Positions 27,142-37,337 of a stretch of DNA of 64,000 nucleotides are shown in pieces. Origin of the DNA: Bryobacterales bacterium. GTDB lineage: Bacteria > Acidobacteriota > Terriglobia > Bryobacterales > UBA6623. A program made the translations under genes and the position numbers. Below the pieces are notes generated by a model. It was not told where the DNA came from. It did no database searches and saw only the letters and a program-made list of their open reading frames with translations. Location: assembly GCA_028819255.1 (NCBI GenBank), contig JAPPMB010000167.1:27656-91655 (forward strand), given 5' to 3'. Every line of letters starts with the position of its first letter. Position 1 is the first letter of the stretch.

Positions 27142-28083
27142 TCAGACCACCGGCCCGCGGTGCTCGCCCAGTTCGGCGGCGCGCCTCTTGCCGTCCTGCA
27201 TCGCCTCGCTGAGTTCCGTTCCCTCGAGCGGCTTGTACGCCTGGACCACCCCTACGGCCTTCTCGAGCTCGGCCACCGACTTCATGCCCATGATCGCCAC
27301 GGACAGGCCTGGAATGCCCAGCGCGTACCGCACGGCCCGTCCGTAGTGCGGGTCATCCGAGAGGATTGCGCCGTCTCCCGTTGCCCCGCCGAGAACCTTC
27401 ATGGCGACGATGCCGATCCCGCGGTCCGCGGCCTCCCTGAAGAGAGTTCCCTCGAAGTCGTAGATGTGCCGATCGATCGGATTTACGGCCGCCATGACGG
27501 CCTCGACCCGTCCCGAGCGAAGGATGGGCAGGGCCCGGCGCGGTCTCAGGTGACAGGTCATGCCGACATGACGCACCAAACCCTTCTTCTTCAGGGCCTC
27601 GAGGGCGGCTAGAGCGCCGTCGTCACCGAGCAGGATGTCGAGGCTCGGGAAGCGGTCCGTCCGTCCGACGTTGTGGACGTGGACCAGGTCGAAGTACTCC
27701 GCCTTCGTCTTCTGGATGCTCTCCTGGACCTGCCAGGTGGCGTCCTGCCTGGAGGTCGCCTCGACCTTGGTCACCAGAACGAACTTGTCGCGCCTGCCCT
27801 TGAGGGCGGGCCCGAGCCGTCGCTCGGACTGCCCGTAGATCGGCGCCGTGTCGAGATAGTTCACCCCGTAGTCGGCTGCCGCGGCGATGACGTTGTTGAC
27901 CTCCATCTGGCTGACGCCCTCGCGACCGAGCGGGGAAGTTCCGATTCCGAGCACACCGACGCTGAGTCCGGTCTTGCCGAGCGGCCGCTTGCGGACCTGC
28001 TCCGCTTTGGCCGGGACTCCGGCAGCCAGCGCGCCGGCGAATGCGGCGGTCTTTCCAAGGTCTCTGCGGGTAATCTGCTCCAT
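27142..28083 (-). CDS. aldo/keto reductase with Tat-type signal
   Basis: From ATG 28083: MEQITRRDLGKTAAFAGALAAGVPAKA, then RPLGKTGLSVGVLGIGTSPLG...VNYLDTAPIYG, an AKR core. Confidence 0.85.
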   Translation of the reverse strand: MEQITRRDLGKTAAFAGALAAGVPAKAEQVRKRPLGKTGLSVGVLGIGTSPLGREGVSQMEVNNVIAAAADYGVNYLDTAPIYGQSERRLGPALKGRRDKFVLVTKVEATSRQDATWQVQESIQKTKAEYFDLVHVHNVGRTDRFPSLDILLGDDGALAALEALKKKGLVRHVGMTCHLRPRRALPILRSGRVEAVMAAVNPIDRHIYDFEGTLFREAADRGIGIVAMKVLGGATGDGAILSDDPHYGRAVRYALGIPGLSVAIMGMKSVAELEKAVGVVQAYKPLEGTELSEAMQDGKRRAAELGEHRGPVV

Positions 28084-28474
28084 GAATGGCCTCTGGTGAC
28101 ATTCTAGGAAACTTCGGGACCGGTGTGCCCGATTATGTGAGACTTCACAGAGTTGGGCGCTCACCGCCGCGCCACTGCCGGAGCCGCCGCCAGCGGCGTG
28201 CTTGACCGGGTCGGCCCACAGACTCCAGCCCGTTGGTGGCGGCCGGCCCGGGCCTGCCGGCTTTCACGGACCACTTGGACTGCTCCTCACAGGCTGCCCA
28301 ATGCAAGCGCGAACCCCTGTCACGGCCTCCATGCCCCTGCGGGGCTCCGTACTCTGAGAACCTCCGGCATCGGCGAAGCTCTCGCTGGCGATGGGCTAGG
28401 ATGATGAGGGTTGAGGCTGGGCCGCCATTCAAGAGCCCATCTTCTCGAGGCGCTTCCAGGGGCACGGCATTGGG

Positions 28475-29728
28475 ATGGCAGTGAACCGGCGGGTCGTTCT
28501 GAAGGGGATCGGCGGTGCGCTGACGCTGCCGCTCCTGGAGACGAGCGAGGCCGCAACGGCGCGCCCGCCGATGCGGTTCCTTGTCGTGGGGAACCCCCTC
28601 GGAATGCATCCGGAGCACTTCTTTCCGGCAGAGTTCGGCACCCGCTTCATGCTTCCCACGACCCTTCGATCTCTCGAATGGGTCCGGGACCGGCTCACGA
28701 TTGTGTCCCATTCCGACCACGGAATGAACAACGGCCACGGCCGCGAGATCTCGTTCCTGAACGGGGTCCTGCCCGAACACAGCTCGGCCTACGCCGAGAA
28801 GAATGTCTCGGTCGATCAACTCATGGCCCGCCGAACGCAGGGCCGCGTCCGCTTTCCGTCCGTTCACGCGGCACTGGGGAGCGGAATCCGGATGAGCTGG
28901 ACAGCCAACGGCATCGATCTGAAGCCGTTCACCGACCCACACAAGCTGTTCGACCATCTCTTCCTGAACCTGACCGCCCAGGAGAAGGCCGTCCGGCGGG
29001 AGATGATCGCACGCAACCGCAGCGTGCTGGACGCGGTCGGCGATCAGCTCGCAGGTTTGAAGCGGCGCGCCAGCCGCGGCGACCGGGTGCGGATCGACCA
29101 GTACGCGACCTCGGTCCGCGAACTGGAGACAAGCTTCGCCGAGCGGGAAGGTTGGATCGATCGCGACAAGCCGAAGTTCGACATTTCCGGGCACTTTGCC
29201 GATTCCGAAACGACCATCAGGAACCGCTACGACGCGATCTTCGACATGGTCGGCTACGCGTTCGAAACCGACCTGACGCGCGTCGCAACGGTCGCATTTC
29301 CAAATGAACTGAGCTACACGGACATCGAAGGCGTGACGCGCGGCTACCACGCGTGCACGCACAACGGCAAGAAGGAAGAAGTGATTGCCGAGCTGGTCGC
29401 CATCGAGTCCTTCCAGGTCGAACAGCTGTCGCGCTGCCTCCGGAAGCTGGACTCGGTCCAGGAGCCGGGCACGGACGGCACATTGCTCGATCACACCATG
29501 GTGTTGTTCGGCAGCGGCATGGGATATGGCGGCACGCATTCCAATCGGAATCTGCCCATCCTGGTCGCCGGCGGGGGATTCCGGCACCGGGGACACGTAG
29601 ATGCGCGGGCCGGGAACGGCGGCAACCTGCCGCTGTGCAATCTTTACGTCACACTGCTCCAGCGTTTCGGCGTCGAGAGAGAACGGTTCAGTACGAGCAC
29701 GGGCGCTTTCGAACTGCACCATGGCTGA
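28475..29728 (+). CDS. DUF1552 domain protein (Tat signal)
   Basis: MAVNRRVVLKGIGGALTLPLLE..., DQYATSVRELE, TRGYHACTHNGKK, and NLPILVAGGG..NLPLCNLYVTLLQRFGV match the DUF1552 pattern known from planctomycete-type genomes. Confidence 0.85.
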   Translation: MAVNRRVVLKGIGGALTLPLLETSEAATARPPMRFLVVGNPLGMHPEHFFPAEFGTRFMLPTTLRSLEWVRDRLTIVSHSDHGMNNGHGREISFLNGVLPEHSSAYAEKNVSVDQLMARRTQGRVRFPSVHAALGSGIRMSWTANGIDLKPFTDPHKLFDHLFLNLTAQEKAVRREMIARNRSVLDAVGDQLAGLKRRASRGDRVRIDQYATSVRELETSFAEREGWIDRDKPKFDISGHFADSETTIRNRYDAIFDMVGYAFETDLTRVATVAFPNELSYTDIEGVTRGYHACTHNGKKEEVIAELVAIESFQVEQLSRCLRKLDSVQEPGTDGTLLDHTMVLFGSGMGYGGTHSNRNLPILVAGGGFRHRGHVDARAGNGGNLPLCNLYVTLLQRFGVERERFSTSTGAFELHHG

Positions 29729-32282
29729 CCTGCTGCGCGCCGCATCCCTGCTGGCAGCGTGCTGCATCCTGCTTCCAGCTGCGGACGGGTCCGACTCTCC
29801 GGGGTTGGCCCTGCTGAAGGCCAGTTGCTCGCACTGTCACGGGGGCCCGGAACCGCAGGGCGGCTTTCTCCTGAGCTCCCTGACCGAGGGCCCGGAACCG
29901 GACAGTCTCGAGCGGTGGAAGAAGAGCCTGGAATTCGTGCGGGCCGAAGTCATGCCTCCTGTCCAAGGGGGCCGGCTGCCTCCCGCCCACCGCCGCCAGC
30001 TGGTCGCATTCCTCCGGAAGGAGGTCCATAGACGTTCGGGAGGGGCGGGAGCGTCCCCTGCGGCCCCGATGCGGCGCCTCAACAATCGGGAGCTCGCCCA
30101 CAGCATCCGCGACGTGCTGATGATCGAGGATGTCGGCACCCACCAACCCATGTCGGGCCTCGTGGGCGACACGCTCCAAGACGGCTTCGACACAATCGGG
30201 GACGCTCTGGGCATGAGCCAGTTTCACCTGGAGCAGTACATCGAGGCGTTCCGCAAGATCGTTGGAGCGACAGTCCTGCCCGGGGACCGGCCGTCATCCC
30301 GCCAATACCGGGTCGCGGCGGGAGACATGAGGATGACGAGTCTCTCGCAGCAAAGGAGGCCGGCGCGAGCGAACCGGACAGCCGAGAGCATCGACTTCCT
30401 CGATCCGCGGCTGCGGGTATACTTCGCAAACTTCGAGCGGGCGCCGGCCACGGGGAAGTACCGCATCAGAGTCCGGGCGACAGGCAAGGACCGGGGAGTC
30501 TACGAAACCGCGGAGACAGGCATCTACGACGGCGATCCGATTCGCTTGCGAATCCACCTCGGGGACCGGACGCGGACCTTCGACCTGCCCGACGAGGCAC
30601 AGACCGAGATCGAGCTGGAGGAGTGGATCGCTGCCGGTACGCGACTCGAGCTGTCCTATCCCACGGACGGCTTGCGGCTCCGGGGCAACGGCAACTTCAA
30701 GTTCCAGTACTCGATCGCCCACGACCATCTCCAGGAAGCGGACCCTGCCCTGTACGAGGCTGTCCTTCGGGACAGGCTCCCCAGGGCTCCGGCGCGAACC
30801 GCGAAGAATCCCCGGCACTGGAGCCACTGGACTGAACAGTGGCAGGGGCCGCGGCCGCGCCTGTTCAGCGCCGAGATCGAAGGCCCGCTCTACGACGCGT
30901 GGCCGCCCAAGCGCCAAGTGGCATTGCTGGGGACTGCGCCTGCAGCGGGCGACGCCGCCAAGATCCTCCGTCCGATCGCGGAAAGGGCGTGGCGCCGGGA
31001 GGTGCTGGACGGTGAGCTCGATCCGATCGTTGAGCTGGTCCAGGCATTGGCCGGGGATCACGCGACGCAGGAAGGCCATGTAAGGGCCCTCCGGGAGGGC
31101 ATTGTCGCGGTCCTGGCCTCGCCCGCGTTCCTGCTCGTGAACTCGGACCAGGGTGCCGCTTCCGACCGCTTCGCTTCCAAGTTCAGCTATTTCCTGCGAG
31201 GAACGCTTCCGGACCGGCACATCCGCGAAGCCGCGCGCGACGGCAGGCTGGAGGGGTTCGCTGCAGTCCTCGACGAGGTGCGGCGCCGGATCAGCCGCTC
31301 CGAGGCGGAGGAGTTCCTGCGGGAGTTTCCCCATGCGTGGCTCGAACTCGACCGGATCAACTTCATGGCCCCGGATCCGGACCGCTTCCCGCTCTACTCC
31401 CGCAAGCGGCTCAGCGAGGACATGGTCGCCGAAGTGCTCCGATTCTTCCGGCATGCGGTGGAGTCCAACGTCCCGGTTCCCGAACTGCTGTCCGCCAACT
31501 ACACGTTCGTCAACGCGGATCTGGCTAGGGTCTACGGTGTGTCAGGCGTGCCGCAGGACTCGCAGCTGCGGAGGTACACCTTCACCGGCGGAAGGCGAGG
31601 AGGAATGCTCGGAATGGGAGCATTTCTGACGCTGACCGCGGACAGCCTATCAACCTCTCCCATTCACCGCGCGGTCTTCGTGCTGGAGAAGTTTCTCGGC
31701 ATCCGGCCCGCCCCGCCACCGGCGGACGTGGAAATCGCGGAGCCGGACGTGCGGCAGGCCAGGACCATCAAGGAAACTCTGGCGGCCCACACGTCCGAAC
31801 CCACCTGCGCATCGTGCCACGCCGGCATCGATCCCTACGGGTACGCCTTCGAGAACTTTGATCCGGTCGGCGCGTGGCGCGAACAATACACCATGCACGT
31901 TGCGCCAAGGCCCTCCCGATCAGCCCTTCGCGAGATCGAGGTCGAGGACCGGGAGAGGGCGGCGAAGGGCCTGCCGCCCGTGGAGAAGCCCTGGGAGAAC
32001 GAGCCGATTCGCGTGGACTCGTCGTCGCGGTTTCCCGGCGGGCCGGAGTACCGGGACATCACCGAGTACCGACGGCACCTGCTCAGCGAGGAGAACAGGG
32101 AGCGATTCATCCGGTGCTTCATCGAGAAGCTCCTGACGTACGCCAACGGCGTGGAGCCCACGGAGTCGGCAGCGCTCGACGAGATAGTGGCCAAGTCGCA
32201 GGAGAACGGTTTCCGAATCGTCGAGACGATCGCCGCAGTGGTTGACAGCCCTCTGTTCCGCGACGAACAGGTCCGAAATTGA
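29721..32282 (+). CDS. DUF1587/1592/1595/1588/1585-type haem-binding-motif protein (partner of DUF1552)
   Basis: From ATG 29721, which overlaps the DUF1552 stop: signal peptide, CSHCHGG and CASCHAGIDPYGYAFENFD motifs, and the architecture typical of the DUF1592 family. Confidence 0.85.
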   Translation: MADLLRAASLLAACCILLPAADGSDSPGLALLKASCSHCHGGPEPQGGFLLSSLTEGPEPDSLERWKKSLEFVRAEVMPPVQGGRLPPAHRRQLVAFLRKEVHRRSGGAGASPAAPMRRLNNRELAHSIRDVLMIEDVGTHQPMSGLVGDTLQDGFDTIGDALGMSQFHLEQYIEAFRKIVGATVLPGDRPSSRQYRVAAGDMRMTSLSQQRRPARANRTAESIDFLDPRLRVYFANFERAPATGKYRIRVRATGKDRGVYETAETGIYDGDPIRLRIHLGDRTRTFDLPDEAQTEIELEEWIAAGTRLELSYPTDGLRLRGNGNFKFQYSIAHDHLQEADPALYEAVLRDRLPRAPARTAKNPRHWSHWTEQWQGPRPRLFSAEIEGPLYDAWPPKRQVALLGTAPAAGDAAKILRPIAERAWRREVLDGELDPIVELVQALAGDHATQEGHVRALREGIVAVLASPAFLLVNSDQGAASDRFASKFSYFLRGTLPDRHIREAARDGRLEGFAAVLDEVRRRISRSEAEEFLREFPHAWLELDRINFMAPDPDRFPLYSRKRLSEDMVAEVLRFFRHAVESNVPVPELLSANYTFVNADLARVYGVSGVPQDSQLRRYTFTGGRRGGMLGMGAFLTLTADSLSTSPIHRAVFVLEKFLGIRPAPPPADVEIAEPDVRQARTIKETLAAHTSEPTCASCHAGIDPYGYAFENFDPVGAWREQYTMHVAPRPSRSALREIEVEDRERAAKGLPPVEKPWENEPIRVDSSSRFPGGPEYRDITEYRRHLLSEENRERFIRCFIEKLLTYANGVEPTESAALDEIVAKSQENGFRIVETIAAVVDSPLFRDEQVRN

Positions 32283-33697
32283 AGACCGCCCGCCTGACCC
32301 TTCTGCTGCTCGCATCGAGCCTGGCGAATGTGCCGGCCGTCGGCAGCCACCCCGACATCCTACTGATCGCCATTGACGACCTCAACGACTGGGTCGGCTC
32401 ACTGGGCGGGCATCCCCAGGCGAAGACGCCCAACATCGACCGGCTTGCCGGGCGCGGCATGACGTTTGCGAACGCGCACGTGACGGCGCCCCTGTGCAAC
32501 CCGTCCCGCGCCTCGCTGATGAGCGGGATCCTGCCTTCGTCGCTCGGGGTGTACGTGAATCGCCAGGACTGGAGGGAGGCTCCGGCCCTGCGGGGCAAGC
32601 CCGTGCTTCCACTGTTCCTCCAGCGCAGCGGCTACCGGTCGCTCGGCGCCGGCAAGCTCTTTCACGCGGCAACGGTCAACCCGCTGCAGTTCTTCGGCCT
32701 GCTGCCGAAGGAGGGCTTCGATGACTACTACCCCGCGACGAACCGCCAACTCCCTGACGAGATTCGGCCGCTCGGGCGCCCCATCAACAAGAACCCCGGG
32801 TTCATTTCGGGTTTTTTCGATTGGTCGCCGGTGTCCGCGGAGGACACGGCAATGGCCGACGGACAGGTGGTCTCCTGGGCCGGCCGGCAACTGAAAGCAA
32901 GCTCTGACAGGCCGCTGTTCCTCGGAGTCGGGATCTACAGGCCGCACATCCCCTGGTACGTGCCCCAAGCCTATTTCGACATGCACCCACTCGACCGGGT
33001 CGAGCTGCCCTTGACCGTGCCTGACGATCTCGACGATGTGCCAGGTTCGGAGCGATATGCCTCGAACCAGCGGGTTCACAAGTGGATCCTCGAGAGCGGA
33101 AACTGGAGGAGCGGCGTCCAGGCTTACCTGGCAAGCATCAGCTTTGCCGATGCGATGGTGGGCCGGCTCCTCGATGCACTGGACGCAAGTGACCGCGCGG
33201 GGAGGACGATCGTCGTCCTGTTCTCGGACCACGGATATCACTTGGGCGAGAAGAGCCAGTGGCGCAAGTACACCCTTTGGGAGGACTCTACCCACGTGCC
33301 GCTGATTGTCGTGGCGCCGGGAGTCACAACACCCGGATCTCGCTCGGCGGAGCCGGTTTCGACGCTCGACATCTACCCGACCCTGGCGGATCTGGCGGGA
33401 TTGGACCAGCCCGGGCACCTGCAAGGCCACAGTCTGGTCCCACTGCTCAACGACCCGGATGGCGATTGGCCGCATCAGGCGATCACGACCTACCGCTATG
33501 GGAATCACTCGGTCCGAACCCGCCACTTCCGCTACATCCGCTACGTAAACGGTGACCAAGAGCTCTACGACCACCGTACGGACCCGCACGAGTGGCACAA
33601 CCTGGCTTCATCTCCAGAACACGCGGACCTCAGGAAACGGCTGGAGTCCCTGCTGCCGACGGTCAACATCGAGCCTATTGCAGCCAGCTGGCGATAG
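32279..33697 (+). CDS. Cys-type sulfatase (secreted)
   Basis: TTG start overlapping the upstream stop. Signal peptide, DILLIAIDDLNDW, and APLCNPSRASLMSG (the CxPxR motif). Confidence 0.9.
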   Translation: MKTARLTLLLLASSLANVPAVGSHPDILLIAIDDLNDWVGSLGGHPQAKTPNIDRLAGRGMTFANAHVTAPLCNPSRASLMSGILPSSLGVYVNRQDWREAPALRGKPVLPLFLQRSGYRSLGAGKLFHAATVNPLQFFGLLPKEGFDDYYPATNRQLPDEIRPLGRPINKNPGFISGFFDWSPVSAEDTAMADGQVVSWAGRQLKASSDRPLFLGVGIYRPHIPWYVPQAYFDMHPLDRVELPLTVPDDLDDVPGSERYASNQRVHKWILESGNWRSGVQAYLASISFADAMVGRLLDALDASDRAGRTIVVLFSDHGYHLGEKSQWRKYTLWEDSTHVPLIVVAPGVTTPGSRSAEPVSTLDIYPTLADLAGLDQPGHLQGHSLVPLLNDPDGDWPHQAITTYRYGNHSVRTRHFRYIRYVNGDQELYDHRTDPHEWHNLASSPEHADLRKRLESLLPTVNIEPIAASWR

Positions 33698-33825
33698 CCC
33701 GGCTGCAAGCGACCCGCTCCTTCGCAACGGGTCCTCCACGGCCGGCTCAAGCCAGTGCACGATCCATCTGTCCAATCGGGGGCGCCTCTCTTGCGCCAAG
33801 GTGCCGGCAAGATTGTTTTCCGGTA

Positions 33826-33854
33826 TTGACAGGGGCGGGTTTCGCCCGTAACCT
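33826..33854 (+). promoter_or_regulatory. sigma70-like promoter (TTGACA-17 nt-TAACCT)
   Basis: TTGACA at 33826-33831, a 17-nt spacer (ggggcgggtttcgcccg) and TAACCT at 33849-33854. It would give a leader of about 225 nt before ATG 34088. Confidence 0.35.
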
Positions 33855-34087
33855 GTGAACCCGGTGAGGTGGGCGCCGCCAGTCGGGCAGCGATTCGCAT
33901 GGGCGGCACCCTCGGTTCCGAAGGGCACACCGGCAACCGCACCAAGAATCCCGTACCAGTGGCTCGCGCACCAGCCCGGTCGACCGCCGATGGATCAACC
34001 ACGTTGCAACTCCATTCCGGCGATCCACGTGCTATGGTCAGCCGTTCAGTCTGTTGCCGCCAGCCGGCATCCGGCGGGGATCGTGTC

Positions 34088-35383
34088 ATGAGCCTGCTTC
34101 GACAGACCGTCGGCGCAAGGCCGCCGCAAATGAGTCGACGCGATCTTCTCGGATTCGCAGCGATCATCGCGGGCTCCGGCAACGCGGCTCGCGCACAGCA
34201 GCAATGGCCGGTGGAATCCGGACTCCGCATCACGGACGTGCGAGTCGTAAGGACTCGGCCCCGGAACCCGCTGCCTTCCTACGAGCCGACGCCCGGCTCG
34301 TACTGGACGACAAGGGAGGCCGCCAGGCCCATCGAGATCCACCCCGAGTACACCGGCAAGCGTGGACCGGGGTCCAAGTGGATGCCTGACCGCTCGCTCG
34401 GCAGCGTCACTGTGGAGGTCAGCACAAACAAGGGGCTGAAGGGATATGGCCGGGCCGGCTCGGCGGCGGGCCCGTTCGTCGAACCCGCCCTGAGGAAGCT
34501 GCTGGTCGGAAAGAACCCCTTGGATATCGAGCGTCTTTGGGATGTCATGTGGCGAGCGACGCTGTACTACGGTCGCGCCGGGGCGGTGGTGCATGCGATC
34601 AGCGGTGTGGATCTTGCGCTCTGGGATCTCGCCGGCAAGGCATTCGGTGTGCCGGCGTACAAGCTCTCCGGCGGCAGGACCTGGGAGCGCATTCCTTGCT
34701 ACGCGACCGGAAACGACGTGGAGCAAAGCCTGGAATTCGGATTCACGAAATTCAAGCTTGCGCTACAGCACGGTCCGCCGGACGGACGCGAGGGACTCAA
34801 GAAGAACGTCGAGCACGTCAAGCGAACTCGGGAACTGGTGGGTCCGGACGGCGAGATCATGATCGACTGCTGGATGGCGCTCTCGGAGACGTACACGGTC
34901 CAGCTGGCGGACGAGCTGGCGCCGTACCGTGTCTACTGGCTTGAGGAGGTGCTGATGCCGGACGAATACGAGGGCTTCGGCCGCCTCAATGCCCAGATCA
35001 CGTCCACGTTCCTCGCCACCGGCGAGCACGAGTACACGCGCTACGGGTTCGGCCGGCTTGCGCACTACGGGGCGGTCGACATCTGGCAGCCGGACATCAA
35101 CTGGTGCGGTGGGATGAGCGAGATGAGGAAGATCGGCGCCATGGCGCTGGAAAGGGGCGTCCAGGTGATCCCTCACGCCGGGGGCGGTCCCGAGTGCATA
35201 CACTACCTTGCCTCCCAGCCCCAGATGACGTGGGCCGAGACGACGATTCCGGCCCCGGGCGGCTCCAAGGAGGTCTACGAGAGGATCGCCGAGCAGCGCC
35301 TAATGACCCACGGGCCGGAAGGCATCTACATCCAGCCATCGGAGGAGCCCGGATTCGGCTGGGACTTCGAGGTGGCGGACTGA
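34088..35383 (+). CDS. enolase-superfamily (mandelate racemase/acid-sugar dehydratase-like) enzyme with Tat signal
   Basis: MSLLRQTVGARPPQMSRRDLLGFAAIIAGSGNAARA. Core motifs: AISGVDLALWDLAGKAFGVPAYKLSGG, MIDCWMA, YWLEE, ATGEHEY and DIWQPDINWCGG. Confidence 0.85.
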   Translation: MSLLRQTVGARPPQMSRRDLLGFAAIIAGSGNAARAQQQWPVESGLRITDVRVVRTRPRNPLPSYEPTPGSYWTTREAARPIEIHPEYTGKRGPGSKWMPDRSLGSVTVEVSTNKGLKGYGRAGSAAGPFVEPALRKLLVGKNPLDIERLWDVMWRATLYYGRAGAVVHAISGVDLALWDLAGKAFGVPAYKLSGGRTWERIPCYATGNDVEQSLEFGFTKFKLALQHGPPDGREGLKKNVEHVKRTRELVGPDGEIMIDCWMALSETYTVQLADELAPYRVYWLEEVLMPDEYEGFGRLNAQITSTFLATGEHEYTRYGFGRLAHYGAVDIWQPDINWCGGMSEMRKIGAMALERGVQVIPHAGGGPECIHYLASQPQMTWAETTIPAPGGSKEVYERIAEQRLMTHGPEGIYIQPSEEPGFGWDFEVAD

Positions 35384-35469
35384 ACGATAGCCGAGACGGC
35401 GATCAGCCGTGCCAGGGACGATTCCGCAATTGATCGACGTGGCCTTCTCCAGCTTGCACCCTTGGCGGC

Positions 35470-35941
35470 GGCGGGGGCCGAGCGCACTCAGTGCAACCCC
35501 TGTCGGAGTGGATGACCTGCGGTTGACCGGAGTACGACCGGTGGCCGTGCGGCCCAACCGACCCGTGCCGAAGTGGAAGGCGGTCCCGGGGTTCTGGTCG
35601 GCGGGAGGCGTCGCAGTCGCGACTCCGGTCTCGACTCACCCGAAGTTCTACGTGACGCCCGTCTGTCCGGCGCAGACGGGCCTCGGGCCCGGAGCTTCCG
35701 GGCGGAGGTCGAAACCGACGAGGGCGTCAAGGGCTACGGACCGGGCGGGGGCTCGCGCGACTGGGTCCACTTCGACCACGCGACTCCAAACTCACCCTCG
35801 GCCGAGTTGTTCCTGCCGGCGCCGGGCGGACCGGACCTGGTGTACGATCGCTACGAAGAGGAGAACAACCTGACAAGGGGCCCAGAGGGGATTTTCGCGA
35901 GTCCTTCCGCCCGGGGCCGCGACCTCAAGCCCGTAGGATGA
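35470..35941 (+). pseudogene. remnant of a third enolase-superfamily paralog (frameshift plus loss of the barrel domain)
   Basis: DDLRLTGVRPVAVRPNRPVPKWKAVPGFW...THPKFY (frame of ORF 35409) aligns with SGLRITDVRVVRTRPRNPLPSYEPTPGSYW...IHPEYT of the upstream gene. AEVETDEGVKGYGPGGG and APGGPDLVYDRYEEENNLTRGPEGIFASPS (frame of ORF 35573) align with its VEVSTNKGLKGYGRAG and APGGSKEVYERIAEQRLMTHGPEGIYIQPS. About 280 codons in between are missing. Confidence 0.55.
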
Positions 35942-37179
35942 TCGTGATGGCCGGAATCACCCGCCGCCAGATCCTGCGCCGCGCATCGGCCGCGGCGCTC
36001 GGATCCTGGCTGCCGCCATTCTTGGCGGCGCAGCAGCGCAACCGGCAGTCCCGTGTGCGGATCACCGGGATCGAGACCTTTCCGATCCGCATCCCTCCCG
36101 AGGAGGGGCAGCTGCCGGACCCGTTCCGGATCTATCGCTACCAGGTCAACCGGGTCCACACGGACTCCGGAATCGTTGGTACTTCCTTTGTTCGCGGCAA
36201 CACCGAGGTCATCGAGCGCTGGGCGAGGCCCACGCTGTTGGGCGAGGACCTCTTCGCCGTCGACCGCCACATGCGGCGGCTCCAGATTCAGCGGGGCGAG
36301 TCGGGAGTGCAGGGTTGGTCCGGCGTCGAGCACGCCATTTGGGACGCGATCGGACAGGCAGCCGGTCTGCCGGTGGCGCGGCTACTCGGGGGGGCCCGGG
36401 ACCGACTAAAGGTCTACCGGACTTGCGTGTTCCCCGGCAAGGCGGACCAGTCCGACGTCCCGTTCGAGGTCCAGGCCGCATACGCCGCGAAGCTCCAGGC
36501 GGCCGGGTACGGCGCGATGAAGGTGCGCGCCTGGCGGCCGCGGCCGATGGACGACGTGGAGATGCTGGCCGTCGCGCGCCAAGCCGTCGGCGACGACTTC
36601 GAGATCATGTTCGACCGGACGGCGGTGCGCCCGGGCTGGGTGTGGGACTACGACACCGCCCTGAGCGTGGCCCGAGGCATGGAGCGCTACAACGCCCGCT
36701 GGCTTGAAGAACCGTTTGACGGCCACGATCTGGAGGGGCCGGCGCGTCTGGCCGCCGAGGTGGACATCCCGATCACCGGGGGAGAACTCGGAAAGAGCAT
36801 TCACCAGTTCCTGGCGTTCCTGACGCACAAGACGTACGACGTGATTCAGCCGGACACCCGCATCTGCGGCGGCATCCTGAATGCCCGCAAGATCAGCATC
36901 CTTGCTGAGGCATTCCACGTCCCCTGCATCCAGCACGGCACAAGCGGCCTTGCGCTGGCCGGCTACATCCAAGCCGGCTGCGCGATGCCGAATTGCGACT
37001 ACCAGGAGATCATCGGCCAACCGAACCTGCCGGAAGAGCAGTGGTCACCGGCGCTGCGGATCCTGCGCACTCCGCATGTCTTCGAAATCGAGAACGGACA
37101 CGTGAAGCTCCCGGAACTGGCGGGACTCGGCCTTGATGTCGACCAAGAGGCACTCGCGGAATACCGGATCCGGGCCTGA
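35938..37179 (+). CDS. enolase-superfamily (mandelate racemase/muconate lactonizing family) enzyme with Tat signal
   Basis: MIVMAGITRRQILRRASAAALGSWLPPFLAAQ. Core motifs: GVEHAIWDAIGQAAGLPVARLLGG, MFDRTA, RWLEEP, TGGE and VIQPDTRICGG. Confidence 0.85.
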   Translation: MIVMAGITRRQILRRASAAALGSWLPPFLAAQQRNRQSRVRITGIETFPIRIPPEEGQLPDPFRIYRYQVNRVHTDSGIVGTSFVRGNTEVIERWARPTLLGEDLFAVDRHMRRLQIQRGESGVQGWSGVEHAIWDAIGQAAGLPVARLLGGARDRLKVYRTCVFPGKADQSDVPFEVQAAYAAKLQAAGYGAMKVRAWRPRPMDDVEMLAVARQAVGDDFEIMFDRTAVRPGWVWDYDTALSVARGMERYNARWLEEPFDGHDLEGPARLAAEVDIPITGGELGKSIHQFLAFLTHKTYDVIQPDTRICGGILNARKISILAEAFHVPCIQHGTSGLALAGYIQAGCAMPNCDYQEIIGQPNLPEEQWSPALRILRTPHVFEIENGHVKLPELAGLGLDVDQEALAEYRIRA

Positions 37180-37337
37180 GCGGGAAGCACTCCACCGCGG
37201 CCACGCGCAGGGCAGCGGGTCGTCGGTGTGCCGGCGGATCCGGACGCGGCCGGCAGCGAGCGGATGGGGCAACGCAGCGCCCGATTCCAGCGGGTCGCGG
37301 GCGGAAGCTGAGTGCGGCAGTCGGCGGCCTCCGGGGT

